Shown here: in pieces, positions 42,154-47,148 of the stretch
Layout: each line of letters begins with the position of its first letter
Numbering within the stretch: the stretch's first letter is position 1
DNA from: Histomonas meleagridis 2922-C6/04-290x
Taxonomy: Eukaryota; Protista; Parabasalia
Assembly: GCA_020184695.1 (NCBI GenBank)
Contig: JAANOX010000257.1
Location: forward strand, 1 to 47,148
Direction of reading: 5' to 3'
DNA length: 47,148 nt
Translations under genes and position numbers: made by a program
Notes under the pieces: model-generated
What the model saw: the letters and a program-made list of their open reading frames with translations, nothing else
Told to the model about the DNA's origin: nothing
Database searches by the model: none

Positions 42154-42207
42154 ATCGTGACACTTTTGATCGGTTTTATTGAAATCGTTTTCAAAAAGTC
42201 GAATTTC
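42154..42207 (-). repeat. Second copy of the ~54-bp dispersed element
   Basis: Inverted match to 28052-28104. Confidence 0.75.
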
Positions 42208-42218
42208 ACTTCATCAGT

Positions 42219-45061
42219 TTACATTGCAATTTCCTCTGATTTAGTTCGAATTAAATTGGCGATTTCGTTATAATATATTCAATGAAAGTGTAAGAGCTGT
42301 TTCAAGATATTAAAATTGATTCCAAATATTGATTTAAAATGTTAAATTAACTTAATAAATTTTATCTTTAGCATTAATATTAATTCCTTTTTGCGCAAGA
42401 AGTAGTTTGACGATATCAATGTAACCATTTTGAGCTGCTCTCATTAAAGCTGTTTGAAATAATTTAATTCATTATTAAATTTTTTTAAAAAACAAAAAAA
42501 AAATTTGAAAAAAATATTGAACGCAATAAATAAACATTATCTATCGCATTTAATTCAATTCCTTCTTGTTCAAGGAGTAATTTTACGACCGATGTATTAC
42601 CTTTAAAAGATGCAATCATAAGTGGTGTCCAAAACAATTTGAACTAATTCCAAATAATTTTATTAAATATCAAATTAATGCAATGAATTATTTATAACAC
42701 AAATAAATATCTCTTTTATTAATGTTAATTTGTTTATTTTTAAGAAGATATTTAACTATTTTTGAATGGCCTTTCCAAGATGCTTCGAAAAGTTCCCCCA
42801 TAAATAATATGAAAGGATATCTTCTATATCATATTGTTTATAATTAAGGAGTAATTTTACAATTTGATAGTTTCCATTTCGAATTGCCAAAAAAAGAGCA
42901 TTATGAAAGACAATTCCTTTTTTTTCAAGAAGTAATTTAACTATTTCTATGTTACCACTTCTACAAGCAAACATAAGTGCATTAAAAAATAATTTGAATA
43001 ATTTCCAAAAATTATTTCAAAATATTAAATTATTTAATCAAATTTCAAATATAATAAATAAGTAGATGTAGCATTAATATAAATATCTTCCCTTTCAAGA
43101 AGCAATTTAACGATTTCTATATTACCTTTCGTAGATTCTAACATTAATGCAGTTATAAATATTTCAATAAGACGCTGTCAACCAAATAAACGGTCTTTTC
43201 AAATCAGAAAATCAATTTTTTTCATTTTCAACTGAATCAAATTTAAAAAAAATATAAATAAATAAGTATACATATTCTATTCAATAAAATTATCTTAACC
43301 AAATTTTGTTATCTTGTTTTTATATGAGCAATCTCCAAAATTCCAAAATGCTTTTTTGGGCTTTAGGATTAAATACAGAAGTTCGAATTAAATAAATACA
43401 TAGAACTAATAATAGTCAATGTTAATTTATATAATTTTTCTGTAGTTTTCATTTTGTTTTTAAGTTATACAAGATTTTCAATATCTATAGATCAGAGCAA
43501 AAATTCGAAAATCTGTCTTTGCAATTTTTTATAATTTATATGTTCTATAAATAGGATAATTCTTGAAACAATTTATTCATTATTGGAGGCTCTGGACAAA
43601 AAAGAAAAATTAACTTTTTGAATTAATTTTGCGGTTACAAATCCAAGATTTGAATGTGTTACTTAGATGACCGTTTGTGTATTGTATCGACACGAATTTA
43701 AATGGAAAGTGACTAAATTCAAAGGAAATTTTTAAAAAATTATTATATCTTCATAAAAATTTGTCTACTGTTCTTATATGTTAAAATCTGATATGTATTA
43801 AATACATTACAAATAATTTTAGAATTAAAAAAAATTCTATAAGAGGGAAAATTGGTTGACAGTGTCTTATTTCAATTAATTTGAGAATATAATTTTTAAA
43901 CATAAATTTTAAATAAATTTTGCCAAAATTAACATCAACTTCTTCTTGTTTAAGGAGGAATTTAACAAGTTCATTATTTCCTGATCTAATAGCTAAAAGA
44001 AGAACATTATTTGGAAGTTCAATCTTTCCTAAAACATTTTGAATGAAGTAAAAATTTCCAATTTTTGCGGATTCATTAATAATATCATCATCAATATTCA
44101 TTCCTTCCTTTAATAAAAAGGAAAAAATTTCATAATTTTGATATAAAACGCAAATTTTCCCTAATTTTTCTAAACTAAATGGTGATGATTCGGGATTATT
44201 CCAATCATTAAAATGATTATAATCGTAATCATCATCACCATAGCCCATATAAATATCATCACTATCGTCGTCACTATAACTATCATCACTATAACTATTA
44301 AAGTTTGGATTTTTTTCTAAATGACCTAATTCATTTTCAAATATATATTTAAAGATGTCATTTCGATGAAACATAATTGCTGCTTCATAAGCACCTTTAA
44401 ATGATAAATGATTTTGTTCACATAAATGAATAATTTCTTCATTTCCGCCTACAACTGCATATTTACCTGTATTACTTATGTTATTACCATTTAATAATAA
44501 GCATTTAAAACATTTAACTGATGAAAAAAATGATGCATAATCAATTAATGTAACATTTTTTTCATTAATAAATGAACACTTTTCATAAAGTGACAATTTA
44601 ATTTTTTGATTATAATCAAAATTACTTTGTGATAACATTTCTTGAAGTTTTTCTATTTCATCATTTCGAATAATTTTTGCAATTTCACTTGGATTATGTC
44701 CTTCTTTAATTAATTGCTTATGAAGTTTAAAATCATCCTTCGATAAATCATAATAATTTCTCCTGGCTTCTTCATGAAGGTTTCGTACGAAAATTTTAAT
44801 GAATCTTATATTGAATTTCTCGAAAATTTGTTTATGGAGTGTATTTATAAATTGTAAAAGTAAACCTATGTTATAATCACGTGATATATAAAACAGAAAT
44901 GAAAGTCTACAAATCGTCATACAAAATGAATAAGAATTATTCTGATCAAAAAGTTTTAAAAGTTTTTCAACAGTTAAATCAACATTACCTTCTTTTAAAC
45001 CAAATACAATGTTTTCAAGAGATAAGAGAATTTTCAAGCTTTCGTCTCCATTTACTTTCAT
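42219..45061 (-). pseudogene. Ankyrin-repeat gene C (DUF3447-type paralog of gene B) with 17-nt-spacer arrays at six sites; probably damaged
   Basis: The N-terminus shares LSKDDFKLHKQLIKEGHNPSEIAKIIRNDEIEKLQE with gene B. Ankyrin blocks are 43156-43064, 42986-42819, 42801-42709, 42631-42539, 42456-42361 and 42303-. A MITE sits in the first gap, one spacer is over-long (poly-T) and the last exon appears frameshifted by 1 nt. Confidence 0.78.
43169..43868. mobile_element. 700-bp non-autonomous TIR element (MITE)
   Basis: 17-bp TIRs AAGACGCTGTCAACCAA (43169-43185) and TTGGTTGACAGTGTCTT (43852-43868), one mismatch. Flanked by an 8-bp direct repeat ATTTCAAT (43161-43168, 43869-43876). AT-rich non-coding interior. 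Confidence 0.88.
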
Positions 45062-45074
45062 TTACAGAATTTGA

Positions 45075-45260
45075 GTTCATCCAATATAAAAGTGACAAAT
45101 TTGTCAAAAGAAATTTTGATCAATTGGCACACGATGATTTCCAACTGCATATTTTATAGAATCTGGTTGCTTACGAATAATTCTTTATTCCCACATAAAT
45201 TGCATATTGTTAAAGCAATATTCAAAAGAAATTGGTCTCTGAATCCACTAAAGCTCAAAT
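45075..45260 (+). pseudogene. Relic of another DUF3447-type ankyrin paralog, head-to-head with gene C
   Basis: KRNFDQLAHDDFQLHIL* resembles YYDLSKDDFKLHKQL (gene C) and EELSKNDFELHKQF (gene B), followed by stops. Confidence 0.4.
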
Positions 45261-45676
45261 AATTAATTCATTCAAAAAGATTTATAAAAATGATATTTTT
45301 TCCAATATCTGAGAACACCTCATAATTGTTATTTCGATCAAATAGAATATCTTTCGAAATAATTGATATTGCAGAAAATCGGAATCAAGAGACAGAATAG
45401 ATGGAATAAAATAATAAATTTTTATCCGATACTATAAGAGAAAGGCATCCGAAGGTGTCCTTTTACAATTACACTTGAGCATAATTCGCATGAAAACGTC
45501 ATAAGAAGTTTTATACTCAGTATCCTAAACGATAAATTAAAATGAATGGGAAATCATCGTATTCATATTCAAAAACGAATGAACGACCGTTAATTTATTT
45601 CTATATTTTATTTCAGCTTTTTGTAAATACGATACAAGAGAGCTCTATTTTATTAAAATATATTACATACATTACA

Positions 45677-46966
45677 TTATAGTTGTGAATGTAATAGTGG
45701 TGCAATTTCACGAATTTTGTTTTGCAATACAATTTCATTTGCTTCAGTCATCGAACCGATTTCCAATGCATTTACAAAACTAATGTATACCTTCCTGAGT
45801 GCGCTTAGCTTTAGCTTCTCTGGGATCCGCAACGAGAGGTACTGCGCGAGTGCGTTTTGCGTTAGGAGTCGTTCTCGTCTGATTTTTTCGCACAAATTAG
45901 ATCTTGCAAGAAGTCGTGAGAACCTTTGAAGCGATACTGTTTGGGGAATGAAGCGCTCTTCGGTGAGGGACTTTTCTATCAAAGATGAGCTAATTTTGCC
46001 GATTATCACAGATAAAAAATTTATCTGAATTTGACGATCAATGGCTTTCTCAAGTGCTTTCCGTATCCTCCTTGTGTTGCAATATAGTTTGCACCTGATT
46101 TGGGCTGATGTTAACTTTTCGCCGTTGATCGAATTTTCATATTCGATTTTGTGAACATGAACAGTTTTACTAACAGCTAGAAGAGAAGCAGGATTAGAGG
46201 TACCGAAAACACATGATTTAGACTTGGAAAGATTTGGAAATCGAGGATCTGTTAAAGATATGTATGGAATTACTTCACATGGATCTTCAGGATAACATAA
46301 TGATGCAGCTGCAAATGAACCGTGTGTCACAAGGTTTGGTGTTTTGCCATATATCATGACCGGTTGTTCAGTTATTATGTATTCCCATAATTTAGATATT
46401 TCATTGAAATTGGTGTTGAGAACATTTTTGATGTCGTGATCAATGAATCTATCATTGGCACGATAAGCATTTTCATTTGATGTAAGTGTAATTTCTGGTT
46501 GATAATTTGGGAATAATCGAAATTGAACCATTAAAGAGAGGGAGCTCAAAATTAGAACTTGGCAAATGAACAAAGGTGTGATTCCCATCTCCAACAAAGT
46601 TTAATCGCTAAAGAATAAATTGTTTTTGGATCCATTGATACTACAATTGTAATTGATTCCATCAGATTCATAAACAATGGATAATAAGGGAAGGATGTAA
46701 CTATCACAATTGAAAATTGTTGGAAGTTTCTTTTGAACGAAGAATTTGGAATTGAGACGAAGGCAGAATAGCAAAAATATTTTTCAAGCTTAAAAACAGG
46801 AACGATGAGGTTACGTCTGCTTTTAGTAGCTGTACTTTCTGGGAAACAATCTCTAGCTTTTAGACTTTAATTTGGCTTTCTTCTGTAAGGGATGCTGTCT
46901 TTTGCTGTTTAATGAGAACAGCCCTATTCGCTCATCGAACTCAAGCAAGTAAAGTTCCCATGACAT
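45677..46966 (-). CDS. DENN-domain protein (DENND6/AVL9-like), 5' half frameshifted
   Basis: MSWELYLLEFDERIGPVL... / RDCFPES...YFCYSAFVSIPNSSFKRNFQQFSIVIVTSFPYYPLF / FELPLFNG / ...LWEYIITEQPVMIYGKTPNLVTHGSFAAASLCYP...PYISLTDP...FGTSNP. At least two frame changes lie upstream of the annotated ORF. Confidence 0.65.
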
Positions 46967-47148
46967 GACATCGACGATTTTTGTGCGAAATCAGGTGGAG
47001 AAGATTTTGAATGTCAGCTGACTTTTCAATTTGAAACCGTTTTGCCTCCATTTAAAGTGGAATGGGATTGAAAAATCGACTTACTGAAAATACAAAACCT
47101 TCAACACGTTGTGTAACGATTAAAACCGTCGAAAACAATCCAAAATGA

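Noticed and set aside
28052-42207. A 14-kb transposon bounded by the inverted 54-bp copies
   Set aside because: No transposase, no evident TSD, and the interval holds conserved housekeeping genes (IFT57, glucokinase).
15706-43918. Kinetoplastid-like U-deletion editing, or matched-codon ribosomal bypass, as the explanation for the gaps
   Set aside because: Deleting only Ts does not yield the missing codons. The triplets at spacer ends (mostly TTT) do not match the preceding codons.

Overview
AT-rich, gene-dense eukaryotic DNA, most likely from a parabasalid (Tritrichomonas/Trichomonas-like). This is inferred from BspA LRR and DUF3447-type ankyrin families, a bacterial-type glucokinase, a trichomonad-style 23-nt GT-AG intron and near-absence of other introns. 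Recognisable genes include Nup210/gp210, RNA Pol III C11, an RRM protein, a CFAP97/Hemingway-like protein, an ARM-repeat protein, TAF2, cytochrome b5, a RING protein, BspA, a tubby-domain protein, glucokinase, IFT57, a Frag1/DRAM-like protein, a histidine acid phosphatase and a DENND6-like gene. There is also one 5S rRNA gene, a 700-bp MITE and several decayed genes. MAIN DISCOVERY: all three ankyrin-repeat genes (15541-16419 -, 33296-35256 +, about 42220-45061 -) are interrupted almost exclusively at the beta-hairpin loop (D-x-x-G-x-T-A/P-L) of each repeat. The interruptions are AT-rich spacers of exactly 17 nt (consensus RTT...ATTT, no GT-AG). In the long arrays they alternate with single 3-nt codons (20-nt period). 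Removing about 44 such units restores reading frame and textbook ankyrin loops (KD-K-D-G-KTAL, KDK-N-G-ETAL, DFE-G-YTPLH). This points to a fixed-length, non-canonical intron/micro-exon or recoding system aimed at ankyrin loops. I know of no description of it, and the mechanism cannot be read from DNA alone.
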